From contig CALKEP010000058.1 of assembly GCA_938084645.1 (NCBI GenBank), forward strand, positions 1-21,708: a stretch of DNA of 21,708 bases. The letters run 5' to 3'. The stretch is from an uncultured Phycisphaerales bacterium. Lineage in GTDB: Bacteria; Planctomycetota; Phycisphaerae; Phycisphaerales; SM1A02. The translations under genes and the position numbers were made by a program. Shown here piece by piece: positions 7,590-16,762 of the stretch. The notes under the pieces were generated by a model. It ran no database searches. It saw only the letters and a list, made by a program, of their open reading frames with translations, and was not told the DNA's origin. The number at the start of each line of letters is the position of its first letter. Position 1 is the first letter of the stretch.

Positions 7590-8594
7590 TCAGGATCTGT
7601 TTCGGCGGTGCCGGATGCCGTCGATGGTCACGGCGGCGACGATGATGCCCCCGATGATGATCTCCTGAACCGAGTTGTCGATGCCGGCAAGCGTGCATCC
7701 GGCGCTCAAGGCGCTCAACATGAACGCACCGATCATCGTCCCGAGAATGCCACCCTCGCCTCCGGAGAGACTCGCGCCACCGATGACCACCGCCGCGATG
7801 ATCTGAAGTTCGAGTCCGACGGCGGTGGTCGGATCTCCGACACCGAGTCGCCCGAGCGTGACCGCACCCGCAAGGCCGGCTCCCAGACCGCACAGGACGT
7901 AGACGACGATCTTGGTGCGTCGCACCGCGACCCCGCAGAGACGCGCCGTCTGTTCGCTGGATCCGATCGCGACGACGTGGATCCCGAAGGGCGTCCGGCG
8001 CAGCACCAGCCCCGCGATGATCGCGATCGCGAGAAGACACCAGGCCGCGGGCGCCATCAGCAGCCAGGTCGGCTCCGGCGTCTTGTCGACGAAGCCCTCC
8101 AGCCACCCCACGGACTCCGGAGGCGGTGCGATCCGCTGATTGCCCGCGAGCAGTTTCGCAAGCCCCCGCGCGATCCCGAGCATTCCGAGCGTGACGATGA
8201 AGGGAGGGATCCGGAGCGCCGTCACGAGCCCGCCGTTGAGCAGACCGCAGGCCATGCCCGTTCCGGCCGAGACGGCGAGCGCGGCGGTCGGCGGATGACC
8301 GGCATCGAGGGTCAGAGCGCCGGTCACACTGGCGAGCGCGATCACCGATCCGATCGAAAGATCGATCCCGCCCGAGACGATCACGAAACACATTCCGATC
8401 GCGCCGATTCCGACCACCACCGTCTGGACCGCGATCGTCTGGGCGTTCCGCACCGACGCGAACGCCTGCGGTTCGATCGAGGTGAAGATCGCGATCACCA
8501 GAAAGAGTCCGATGAACGGGGCGGCGAGTCGGCCGACCCGACCGATCCATCCGGTCTCCGCGGGCGTCACGTCCGGCGTCGCCTCGATGTTCAT
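7590..8594 (-). CDS. Monosaccharide ABC transporter permease (RbsC-like, CUT2)
   Basis: GGIDLSIGS, IPPFIVTLG, GLELQIIAAVVIGGASLSGGEG motifs. Start placed at MNIEAT (ATG 8594), which overlaps the ATPase stop (ATGA). Confidence 0.93.
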   Translation of the reverse strand: MNIEATPDVTPAETGWIGRVGRLAAPFIGLFLVIAIFTSIEPQAFASVRNAQTIAVQTVVVGIGAIGMCFVIVSGGIDLSIGSVIALASVTGALTLDAGHPPTAALAVSAGTGMACGLLNGGLVTALRIPPFIVTLGMLGIARGLAKLLAGNQRIAPPPESVGWLEGFVDKTPEPTWLLMAPAAWCLLAIAIIAGLVLRRTPFGIHVVAIGSSEQTARLCGVAVRRTKIVVYVLCGLGAGLAGAVTLGRLGVGDPTTAVGLELQIIAAVVIGGASLSGGEGGILGTMIGAFMLSALSAGCTLAGIDNSVQEIIIGGIIVAAVTIDGIRHRRNRS

Positions 8595-10150
8595 GCCGCC
8601 TCCCCTTCGCCGGAACCGTCCGGACCGAGGACCGCTTCGCTCATCAGTGACGTTTCCGTGCACGCATCGACGGGGCGAGCGGGACCGAGCACGCCTCGGT
8701 GCATCACCGCGATCCGATCACAGACGCCGAGGAGTTCGGGAAGATGCCCGCTGGTCATGACGATGGCGCGTCCCGCCCGGGCGAGCTCGTCGAGCAACGC
8801 GTAGACCTGGACCTTGCTGCCGATGTCGATCCCCCGAGTCGGTTCGTCGAGCAGGAGCACGTCCGCATCCTGATGAAGCAGCCGTGCGATCGCGATCTTC
8901 TGCTGGTTACCCCCCGAAAGCGTCTCGACCGGGATGCCCGAACCACCCCCACGTACCGAGAGTCTCGATAGCCAGCGACCGGCGGTCGCATCCATGCGTC
9001 GCGACGAAAGCACGCCGCCGGAGGTGACCGGCCCCAACCGAGGGAGAAGCAGGTTCTCGCCGACCGACATCGGCAGCGCGAGACCTTCGCCCTTTCGATC
9101 CTCGCTCACAAAGCCCACCCCCGCCCGCATGCGTTTGCGAATGGACGTCGAACGGTGGATCTTCCGACCATGGATCGAAACGTCGCCGCGAACCGTCGCG
9201 TCGAGTCCCGCGAGACATCGGAGAAGTTCGGTCCGGCCCGCACCGACCAGCCCCGCGATCCCGAGGATCTCGCCGCTCCGGACGTCGAGCGAAGCCTCCA
9301 CCGGAAGTCCGTGTCCGGCGATCGATCTCGCTTCGAGCCGGATCTCGCCCGCTTCGCGCCCGCCGGGCGGAAACACCGCATCGAGCGGCCGGCCGATCAT
9401 GTGCTCCACGAGCGTCTCGTCGCGCTCGTCGGCCATGCGGCCCGAAGTGACCGTCGACCCGTCGCGGATCACCGTGAACCGATCGGCGACCCGCCGAATC
9501 TCCTCGAGGAAGTGACTGATGTAGACGATGGCGATCCCTTCGTCTCGCAGGCGGCCGACGATGTCCAGGAGAAGATCCGCGTCCCGACGTCCAAGCGAAC
9601 TCGTCGGTTCGTCCATGACCACCACCGACGCATCGGTGGCGAGGGCTCGCCCGATCTCGACCAGTTGCCGCACCGCCGCCGGCAGATCTCCGGTCCGCCG
9701 GGCGGGGTCGAGATCACCGTGCCCGAGTCGTCCCATCACCCTTCTCGCCGTCGCCAGCATCCCTCGCCGGTCCGACGGGGAGATGCGACCGAGCCACGGC
9801 AGTCGCGACGGCTCTACGCCGAGCGCGATGTTCTCGGCGACCGAAAGGTGGGGTGCGAGCGCGAGTTCCTGATGGATCATCGCGATGCCGCCTCGCCGAG
9901 CGTCGACCGGACCGGAAGGTCGCCAAGGTCGTCCGCCGAGCGACATCTCCCCCGCATCCGGTCGCTCGACGCCGGACAGGACCTTCATGAGCGTGCTCTT
10001 TCCCGCCCCGTTCTCACCGACCAGCGCATGCACCTCGCCCGGCGAGACCTCCAGCGACACCCCACGCAACGCCTGCACCCCGCCGAATCGCTTGCGGACG
10101 CCGTGCATCACGAGCAACGGTTCGGGATTCGAGGGCAGGGGTTCGGTCAC
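8591..10150 (-). CDS. Monosaccharide ABC transporter ATP-binding protein, two NBDs (RbsA-like)
   Basis: Walker A GENGAGKST, VVMDEPTSSL, YISH; second domain has GLVGAGRTE, LSGGNQQK, LLLDEPTRGID. Confidence 0.95.
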   Translation of the reverse strand: MTEPLPSNPEPLLVMHGVRKRFGGVQALRGVSLEVSPGEVHALVGENGAGKSTLMKVLSGVERPDAGEMSLGGRPWRPSGPVDARRGGIAMIHQELALAPHLSVAENIALGVEPSRLPWLGRISPSDRRGMLATARRVMGRLGHGDLDPARRTGDLPAAVRQLVEIGRALATDASVVVMDEPTSSLGRRDADLLLDIVGRLRDEGIAIVYISHFLEEIRRVADRFTVIRDGSTVTSGRMADERDETLVEHMIGRPLDAVFPPGGREAGEIRLEARSIAGHGLPVEASLDVRSGEILGIAGLVGAGRTELLRCLAGLDATVRGDVSIHGRKIHRSTSIRKRMRAGVGFVSEDRKGEGLALPMSVGENLLLPRLGPVTSGGVLSSRRMDATAGRWLSRLSVRGGGSGIPVETLSGGNQQKIAIARLLHQDADVLLLDEPTRGIDIGSKVQVYALLDELARAGRAIVMTSGHLPELLGVCDRIAVMHRGVLGPARPVDACTETSLMSEAVLGPDGSGEGEAA

Positions 10151-10176
10151 GATGGTTCTCGGTCGGATTCACCGGA

Positions 10177-11178
10177 TCAGCGAAGATACTCGTCGATCGG
10201 CGGTGCGAGCACCGTCTTCGCTTCGGGGCTGTCCATGTTCCCGCGGTTGACCACCACGCAACCGGTATCGACCCGGGCGGGAACCTCGCGACCCTCGATC
10301 GCATCGATGAGCAGGCCGACGCCACGCTCCCCCATCGCGAACGGGCTCTGCACGACGAGGGCGTCGACCTTGCCGGCTCGAAGCCCCTCGACCAGTGATT
10401 CCGAAGCGTCGAAGCCCACGATCACGGTCGCGTCCTTCCGACCGGCCTGATCGAGCGTCCGCATGAAGGCGACGGTGGCCGGTTCGCAGGGCGCGAACAC
10501 GCCGTCGATCTCCGCGAATCGGTCGAGGAGATTCTCCGCGGTCGAGACGCATCCTTCGAGCGTTGCGCCGCCGTAGGCGTTGTCGGAGAGGATCTCGAGG
10601 TCGGGGAACTCGTCGCGGAGCGTGTCGATGAAACCCTCTTCGCGACGCGTGGTGCTCGCGGATCCTTCGACGTATCGCATCACCACGATCTTGCCCGGCC
10701 CTTCGAGCAACCGGCCCATCTCCCTTGCGGCGCGAACACCGCCTTCATAGTTGTCGGTGGCGGCGAAGGTCACCGAGCCGTCCCAGTTCACGCCGGAGTC
10801 GATCACCGCCACGGGGATTCCCGCCTCCGCGGCCTCCTTCAAGGGTCGGATCAACGCCGTGTCGTCCAGCGGCGCGATCACGATTCCGTCGACGCCCTTG
10901 GTGATGAACTGTTCGACGACCTTGATCTGGTCGTCGCGGTCATCCTCCCGCGCCGGGCCCTGCCAGACGATCTCCACCCCGAGATCCCGACCCGACTTCA
11001 CCGCCCCGGCGTGGACCGCCTTCCAGAATTCGTGGCTGGTCCCCTTCGGGATGACCGCGACGGTCCGGGCCGGGGTCACCGCGGGATCGCCGGCGGTGGG
11101 TTCCGACGGGCGATCGCACCCGGCGATCGTGAATGCGATGCCGGCGAGGAATCCGAGGCCGCGGATGCGGTTGAGCAT
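10177..11178 (-). CDS. Sugar ABC transporter substrate-binding lipoprotein (periplasmic binding protein type 1, RbsB-like)
   Basis: Lipobox IAGC after a hydrophobic signal; AVIPKGTSHEFWKAVHAGA, GIPVAVIDS, ATDNYEGG, IVGFD, VVQSPFAMG. GGAG RBS 7 nt before ATG 11178. Confidence 0.92.
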   Translation of the reverse strand: MLNRIRGLGFLAGIAFTIAGCDRPSEPTAGDPAVTPARTVAVIPKGTSHEFWKAVHAGAVKSGRDLGVEIVWQGPAREDDRDDQIKVVEQFITKGVDGIVIAPLDDTALIRPLKEAAEAGIPVAVIDSGVNWDGSVTFAATDNYEGGVRAAREMGRLLEGPGKIVVMRYVEGSASTTRREEGFIDTLRDEFPDLEILSDNAYGGATLEGCVSTAENLLDRFAEIDGVFAPCEPATVAFMRTLDQAGRKDATVIVGFDASESLVEGLRAGKVDALVVQSPFAMGERGVGLLIDAIEGREVPARVDTGCVVVNRGNMDSPEAKTVLAPPIDEYLR

Positions 11179-11360
11179 GGCCGATCTCCAGTTGTTTTCC
11201 GTTCGCGGTCGATTGCGTCTTGACGTATCGGTCTTGCCGAGGGTACACCTCGATGGTCGGTCCGGCAATGCGACACGGATTTCGACGGGCGGTCCGGACG
11301 TCCCGGGCGCGATCGCTTCGACCCCGTGCGCATCGCCCCTCGCGGGCAGTCAGGGTTCAG

Positions 11361-12341
11361 ATGGCGACAAGACTGGTGACCGGGGCGAACGGCTGCATCG
11401 GCGCGTGGGTCGTCAAACGACTCCTCGACGCGGGTGACGACGTCACCGCCCTCGACCATGGCGAAGAGCATCATCGGCTCGAGGCCGTGCTCGACGAGGA
11501 GGCTCGATCCCGGATCCGCTTCATCAAGGCGGACGTCACCGACGCCGCGGCCGTCCATCGCCACGTCGGTGATCACGGCGGTGACGGCGTGATCCATCTC
11601 GCCGGGCTTCAGGTCCCGAGCTGCCGCGCGGATCCGATGCTCGGCGCGCAGGTCAACGTGCTCGGAACGCTCTCCGTCTTCGAAGCCGCCCGCGTCACCG
11701 GATGCCGCGTGGTCTACGCGTCGAGTGCCGCGGTCTACGGCCCCGACGACACGCCGATCCGACCGCATCTCGAGGCCGAAGCCGGCGATGCGAAGACCCA
11801 CTACGGCATCTTCAAGATCGCCAACGAGGGAAACGCTCGGATCTACCACCAGGACCACGGCGTGGGAAGCGTCGGTCTCCGCCCGCTCACCGTCTACGGC
11901 GTCGGTCGCGATTTCGGCATGACCAGCGGACCCACCACCGCCCTGAAGTCCGCGATCCTCGGTCATCCCTACACCATCGGATTCAGGGGGCCCACCGACT
12001 TCCAGCTCGCCGAGGATGTGGCGGAGATCTTCGTGCGATGCCTCGACGCACCAGATGGTGCGCACGTGTGCAATCTGCATGGTGAGACGGCCACCGTGGA
12101 CGACGTCGTCGCCGCCATCGACGAGCTCGTTCCCGATGATCGTCGCGGGCTCGTCGATTGCGATGGCCCCACCCTGCCGATTCCCGGCTGCCTCGACGAC
12201 GGCCTGCTGGAATCGCTCATCGGCCCGCCACCACGGACCAGCCTCCGCGACGGCCTTCGCAGGACGTACGACGCGTTCGCCCGACTCCACGAAACCGGAC
12301 GACTCGATCTTCGAGATCTCCCCGAGAGGGTCCGATCATGA
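11361..12341 (+). CDS. Extended SDR, NAD-dependent epimerase/dehydratase family oxidoreductase
   Basis: LVTGANGCIG (GxxGxxG), VIHLAG, ASSAAVYG and YGIFK (YxxxK). Start reassigned to ATG 11361. Confidence 0.88.
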   Translation: MATRLVTGANGCIGAWVVKRLLDAGDDVTALDHGEEHHRLEAVLDEEARSRIRFIKADVTDAAAVHRHVGDHGGDGVIHLAGLQVPSCRADPMLGAQVNVLGTLSVFEAARVTGCRVVYASSAAVYGPDDTPIRPHLEAEAGDAKTHYGIFKIANEGNARIYHQDHGVGSVGLRPLTVYGVGRDFGMTSGPTTALKSAILGHPYTIGFRGPTDFQLAEDVAEIFVRCLDAPDGAHVCNLHGETATVDDVVAAIDELVPDDRRGLVDCDGPTLPIPGCLDDGLLESLIGPPPRTSLRDGLRRTYDAFARLHETGRLDLRDLPERVRS

Positions 12342-13909
12342 GCGTGCCATCAGGGAATCCCAGAGGGCCTCTCGCCGCGTTCGCGATCCGCGTGGACGCC
12401 GGGGACAATTGCGCCGTGGTCAAGACCGGCGTGACCGCGGGAACCGTGGTGGAGGTCGAAGGCCGGGAGCTGATCGTTCGAACCGACGTCGGCCCGGGCC
12501 ATCGGTTCGCACTTGTGGACATTCCCGCCGGCGAGTTCGTCGTCCAGTACGCCCAGCCGATCGGCACCAGCCGCGGCGTGGTGGCCGGAGACGCGATCAC
12601 CGAGACCACGATGTCCAACGACATCCCGGTGGTACGCGAGATCCCGGATGATCTTCGCAATTCCGCGCCCACGTTCCTGCCACACGATTCGATCGAGACG
12701 TTCCCGGGCTTTCTTCGACCGGACGGTCGGACCGGAACCCGGAACTTCCTGCTCGTGCTCCCAACCTCGATGTGTTCGAGCCACGAGGCGAACCAGATCG
12801 CGACGATCGCCGAGTTCCAGCACTGGTCGCGTTCGAAGTTCCCGAACGTGGACGGCGTCGTGGCCATTCCACACTCCAAGGGCTGCGGATGTTCGGACGG
12901 ATCGAACCTCGACATCACGATGCGCACCCTCGCGAACTATGCCGACCACCCGAACGTCGGCGGCGTCCTGATGCTCGAACTCGGCTGTGAGAAGACGAAC
13001 CAGACCGTGGTGGACCAGTGGCTCGGCGAACACGGCGGCTTCTCCTGGGACAAGCCCGTGGAGCGGATCGGCGTCCAGACCGAGGGCGGCACCGAGGCCA
13101 CCATCCTTCGCGGTCTCGCGCTCGTCGAGAAGATGCTTCCGGAAGTCGACCGTCACCACCGCACGGACCGGCCCGTCTCGGAGATCGTCCTCGGTCTGAA
13201 GTGCGGCGGCAGCGACGGTTTCAGCGGCCTGAGCGCGAATCCCGCACTCGGGGTCGCGACCGATCACCTGATCGATCGACGGGGGACCGCGATCATCACC
13301 GAGGTCCCCGAGTTCTGTGGTGCCGAGCACGTCTTCGCGTGGCGAGCGAAGGACGCCGAGACCGCTCGAGCGGTCTACGAGACGGTCGACTGGTACAAGG
13401 CCCACGCCGCCGTCTTCGGAACGAAACTGGATGACAACCCGAGCCCCGGCAATCGGGCCGGCGGGCTGCTCAACATCGCGATCAAGAGCCTCGGGGCGCT
13501 CGCGAAGGCAGGGAGTCGTCGCGTGGAAGGTTGCTGTGGATACGCCGAACGACCGACGTCGCCGGGCCTCTGGCTCATGCAGGGCCCCGGCTACGATCAG
13601 GAGGCGACACCCGGCATCGTGGCGTCGGGGAGCAACGTGGTGGTCTTCACCACCGGACGCGGCACGACGATCGGAAACGCGATCTGCCCCGTGATCAAGC
13701 TGTCGAGCAACACCGAGACCTTCGAGCGGATGAGGCACGACATCGATCTCGACGCAGGCACCGTGATCGAAGGCTCCGAGAGCATCGAGGCATGCGGACG
13801 TCGAGTCTTCGAGCACGTGGTCAGGGTCGCGGGTGGTGAGCCGGCTCATGCCGAGAAGACGAAGCATCGCGAATTCCAGATCTGGTCCGAGTGCTCGGTA
13901 TCCCTGTAG
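12338..13909 (+). CDS. uxaA: UxaA/GarD-family sugar-acid dehydratase (SAF domain + catalytic domain; altronate dehydratase-like)
   Basis: DNCAV...GHRFAL...VVQYAQPIG SAF domain; GFLRPDGRTGTRN, HSKGCG, HPNVGGVL..LGCE, GLKCGGSDGFSGLSANPALG, NPSPGN..GGL, FTTGRGT. The ATG at 12338 overlaps the SDR stop. The family is secure, the exact substrate is not. Confidence 0.85.
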   Translation: MSVPSGNPRGPLAAFAIRVDAGDNCAVVKTGVTAGTVVEVEGRELIVRTDVGPGHRFALVDIPAGEFVVQYAQPIGTSRGVVAGDAITETTMSNDIPVVREIPDDLRNSAPTFLPHDSIETFPGFLRPDGRTGTRNFLLVLPTSMCSSHEANQIATIAEFQHWSRSKFPNVDGVVAIPHSKGCGCSDGSNLDITMRTLANYADHPNVGGVLMLELGCEKTNQTVVDQWLGEHGGFSWDKPVERIGVQTEGGTEATILRGLALVEKMLPEVDRHHRTDRPVSEIVLGLKCGGSDGFSGLSANPALGVATDHLIDRRGTAIITEVPEFCGAEHVFAWRAKDAETARAVYETVDWYKAHAAVFGTKLDDNPSPGNRAGGLLNIAIKSLGALAKAGSRRVEGCCGYAERPTSPGLWLMQGPGYDQEATPGIVASGSNVVVFTTGRGTTIGNAICPVIKLSSNTETFERMRHDIDLDAGTVIEGSESIEACGRRVFEHVVRVAGGEPAHAEKTKHREFQIWSECSVSL

Positions 13910-13975
13910 CATCGGGCACCGTCCGTCGAACGCGATGATCGACTTCGAAGATCGAACGGATGCACGGAGCGACGC

Positions 13976-15139
13976 ATGAAGGCCGCATTGCTGGTCGAAC
14001 CTCGAGTTCTCGCCCATCGGGACATTCCCGAACCGCGACCGGCGGTCGGCGAGGTGACGGTACGGCTCGACGCGGTCGGCATCTGTGGTTCGGACATCCA
14101 CATCCACGACGGCTCCGTGAACTGGAATCTCGGACCGGACGGCCGATCCGTCCCGCTCGCTCGACAGCCGCAGATCCTCGGTCATGAGATGGTCGGTCGG
14201 GTGGTCGAGGTCGGTGATGCGGTGGAACGCCTCGTGCCAGGCGACCGGGTGGTGCTCGACCAGGGAATCAACTGCGCGTCGCGGGGACGATCCGCCGACG
14301 ACTGGTGCGAGTACTGCGCCACCGGCTTCTCGCACCACTGCATCGACTACGAGGAGCACGGCATCACGGGACTGCCCGGGGGCTTCGCGGACTGCATCGT
14401 GCTTCCCGAGGTGAACGCGATACCGATCACCGGCGATCTCGCCGACGAACTCGCCGTCATGACCGAACCGCTGGGATGCGTGATCCATCACCTCCGACTC
14501 GCCGAACACCAGGCACTTCGATATCGGTTCGAGGCGACCTCACGGCGAGATCGAATCCGTACGATCGTGATGTTCGGACTCGGCCCCTCCGGTCAGCTCT
14601 TCGGCCGGGCCCTGCGTCGAGTGATGGGTTTCGAAGGCGAGATCATCGTCATGGATCCCTCGGTCGCCAAGCGACGCATGGCCGTCGAGACCTTCGGTGC
14701 GATCGAGGTCGATTCCGACACCGATTCGGATGGTGTGACGGAGATCCTGGACCGTACCGGTGGACGTGGCTGCGAGATGCTGATCGACGCCTGTGGCGCA
14801 CTCCCCGCCTGGATCGACTTCGCGAAGGTCATCCGGAAGCAGGCGACCGCGATCCTCTATGGCTACGGCCGGGATCGGGGCGGTTCCGGATCGCTCGACG
14901 CCCTCCAGTGGCGAGGGGCCGGCCTCGTGACCTCGAGTGGCGCTTCCGGTCCGCTCGGCATCGATGGACGCCCCGAACTCTATCGGGACTGTCTCGAACA
15001 TCTCCAGGCGGGCCGAGTGATGGTCGACGACCTCATCACCCATCGATACCGGCGATTGGAAGAACTCGATCGGGCGCTCGGAATCGATCCGGCGGATCCG
15101 GATTACCTCAAAGGCGTCCTGATTCGATCAGGGGGCTGA
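13976..15139 (+). CDS. Zinc-dependent medium-chain dehydrogenase (sorbitol/threonine dehydrogenase-like)
   Basis: GICGSD, ILGHEMVG, four-Cys structural Zn site, TEPLGC, GLGPSG Rossmann motif with downstream Asp (NAD preference inferred). Confidence 0.9.
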   Translation: MKAALLVEPRVLAHRDIPEPRPAVGEVTVRLDAVGICGSDIHIHDGSVNWNLGPDGRSVPLARQPQILGHEMVGRVVEVGDAVERLVPGDRVVLDQGINCASRGRSADDWCEYCATGFSHHCIDYEEHGITGLPGGFADCIVLPEVNAIPITGDLADELAVMTEPLGCVIHHLRLAEHQALRYRFEATSRRDRIRTIVMFGLGPSGQLFGRALRRVMGFEGEIIVMDPSVAKRRMAVETFGAIEVDSDTDSDGVTEILDRTGGRGCEMLIDACGALPAWIDFAKVIRKQATAILYGYGRDRGGSGSLDALQWRGAGLVTSSGASGPLGIDGRPELYRDCLEHLQAGRVMVDDLITHRYRRLEELDRALGIDPADPDYLKGVLIRSGG

Positions 15140-15811
15140 TCCTTCGGAATCGACGGGCGCTCCTGCTCTCTGGGGCACCGAACCCTCGATCGTCTCCACG
15201 ATCGTCGTCGTCGAATCGATCGCGAACGCAAAGATCTCCAGCGTCGATCGCGCCTCCCGATCCACCCTGATTCCGATCGGTCGATATCCGAGCCGACGAC
15301 GTGATGCGGAATTCTCTTCAGAGCACAGGCAGAGGTCGTATCGCCAACCGCGGCGTTCGGCGTGCACGCGAATCGCCTTCGACATGGCGTCCACGATCGC
15401 ATCCCCCTTGACGCCCGGGTCGAAGATGAGATGGCGGGAGAACGAGGCTTCGATCGAACCGATGGCCAGATGGCGGCGATCGAGATGGCACGCGATGCCG
15501 AGATCCAGCCGATCGACCGCGGTCATCTGGATCGAGGCGACGATTCGGCCGTTCTGGTTCCGAAGGAAGAGGAGATCCGCCTCCTCGTCGACGCGATCGT
15601 CCAACTCCGACGGCACGGGAGGTCGGGTCCCGCACTCCGCATCGGCGAGCGCTTCGATCACGCGGTGACGAAACCGTCGCGCCTCGGCGCGAACTTCGTC
15701 GGACTCCGCGACATGAACCGTCCACCCTCCCGATTCGGAGGCGGCGCTTCGGCTGCGAAAACGTTCGGGTATGCCCCCCCCGACGGGGTCCCCTGATTCC
15801 TCGGACGACAT
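15128..15811 (-). CDS. Hypothetical GNAT-fold protein, weakly resembling acyl-homoserine-lactone / N-acyl amino acid synthase-like acyltransferases
   Basis: VAESDEVRAEARRFRHRV...ELDDRVDEEA...GRIVASIQM...SASRRRLGYRPIG pattern. Start at 15811 is tentative (ORF open to 15916). The 3' end overlaps the dehydrogenase by 12 bp. Confidence 0.55.
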   Translation of the reverse strand: MSSEESGDPVGGGIPERFRSRSAASESGGWTVHVAESDEVRAEARRFRHRVIEALADAECGTRPPVPSELDDRVDEEADLLFLRNQNGRIVASIQMTAVDRLDLGIACHLDRRHLAIGSIEASFSRHLIFDPGVKGDAIVDAMSKAIRVHAERRGWRYDLCLCSEENSASRRRLGYRPIGIRVDREARSTLEIFAFAIDSTTTIVETIEGSVPQRAGAPVDSEGSAP

Positions 15812-16012
15812 GCATTGAACTCCGTAAGGTCGGCCCCCGGAGGCCGACGCATACTGCGCCAGAGGCCCCGGACTCACTCTGTCGATGAGACCGGGGATCC
15901 CGGTTCTCCACCGCATCTACGCTCAGACTTCGATTTTGTATCACCGAACCAGACGAAAAGTCCAAAAAACCCGATTCGTGGCCACTGGAAGCACGGGTAT
16001 CCTCCTCTCCCG

Positions 16013-16762
16013 ATGCGAGTCGCACTCTTCATCACCTGCCTCATGGATCAGTTCCGGGCCTCCGCGGCGGAGGCGACCGTCGAGGTCCTCGAGCGTTGCG
16101 GATGCGAGGTCGTCTTCGATCCTCGACAGACGTGCTGTGGGCAGCCGGCCTTCAACGCCGGACAGCACGACGCCGCGATCCCGGTCTGCCGGAGCGCCAT
16201 TCGAATCCTCGACGAGCAGCTTCAAGGCGGCTGCGAGGCGATCGTGGTGCCGTCGGGCTCCTGCGCGGCGATGTTCCGGCACGCGATCGGACTGCTCGAT
16301 GGCGAGGATGCGGAGGCCGCGACCCGCGTCGTGGATGCGTCGTACGAACTCAGCGCCTTCCTCGTCAACCGACTCGACCGCGTCGACGTCGACGCCGGGT
16401 GGACCGGTCGGGTCGCGTGGCATGACGCCTGCCACGGGCTTCGAGAACTCGGGATCGACAGCGAGCCCAGACGCCTCCTTCGGGCGGTCCGCGGCCTCGA
16501 ACTCGTGGAGTCAGCGACCTGCGACCGTTGCTGCGGTTTCGGCGGAACCTTCAGCGTCAACCTCCCCGGGATCTCCGTCGGCATGGCGGATGACAAGATC
16601 GACGAGCTCGAGACGCTCGGCATCGATGCGGTGGTCTCCGGCGACACCAGCTGCCTGATGCAACTGGAAGGGCGGCTTGCCGCCAGGGGCTCGACCATCC
16701 GGGGAGTCCACCTGGCCGAGATCCTCGCGTCTCGTGAGCACACGCCCGGATCCGAGTCGTGA
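16013..16762 (+). CDS. lutA: Lactate utilization protein A (CCG-domain Fe-S oxidoreductase, LutA/YkgE/LldE)
   Basis: MRVALFITCLMD, QTCCGQPAFNAG, PSGSC, WHDACH, CCGFGGTF, GDTSCLMQ. Start reassigned to ATG 16013. Confidence 0.92.
   Translation: MRVALFITCLMDQFRASAAEATVEVLERCGCEVVFDPRQTCCGQPAFNAGQHDAAIPVCRSAIRILDEQLQGGCEAIVVPSGSCAAMFRHAIGLLDGEDAEAATRVVDASYELSAFLVNRLDRVDVDAGWTGRVAWHDACHGLRELGIDSEPRRLLRAVRGLELVESATCDRCCGFGGTFSVNLPGISVGMADDKIDELETLGIDAVVSGDTSCLMQLEGRLAARGSTIRGVHLAEILASREHTPGSES

Noticed and set aside
6861..8804. 647-aa plus-strand ORF
   Set aside because: Arg/Asp/His-rich antisense read of the permease and neighbouring DNA; no domain signature.
7590..11178. Assigning rbsABC (ribose) symbols
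   Set aside because: The family is clear, but there is no ribokinase or rbsD, and specificity cannot be read from sequence.
11220..11249. Possible sigma70 promoter TTGACG-N18-TACACC for the SDR operon
   Set aside because: The -10 box lacks the conserved final T and the spacing is suboptimal; too weak to call.
12350..14509. 719-aa minus-strand ORF
   Set aside because: Antisense to the uxaA-like and dehydrogenase genes.
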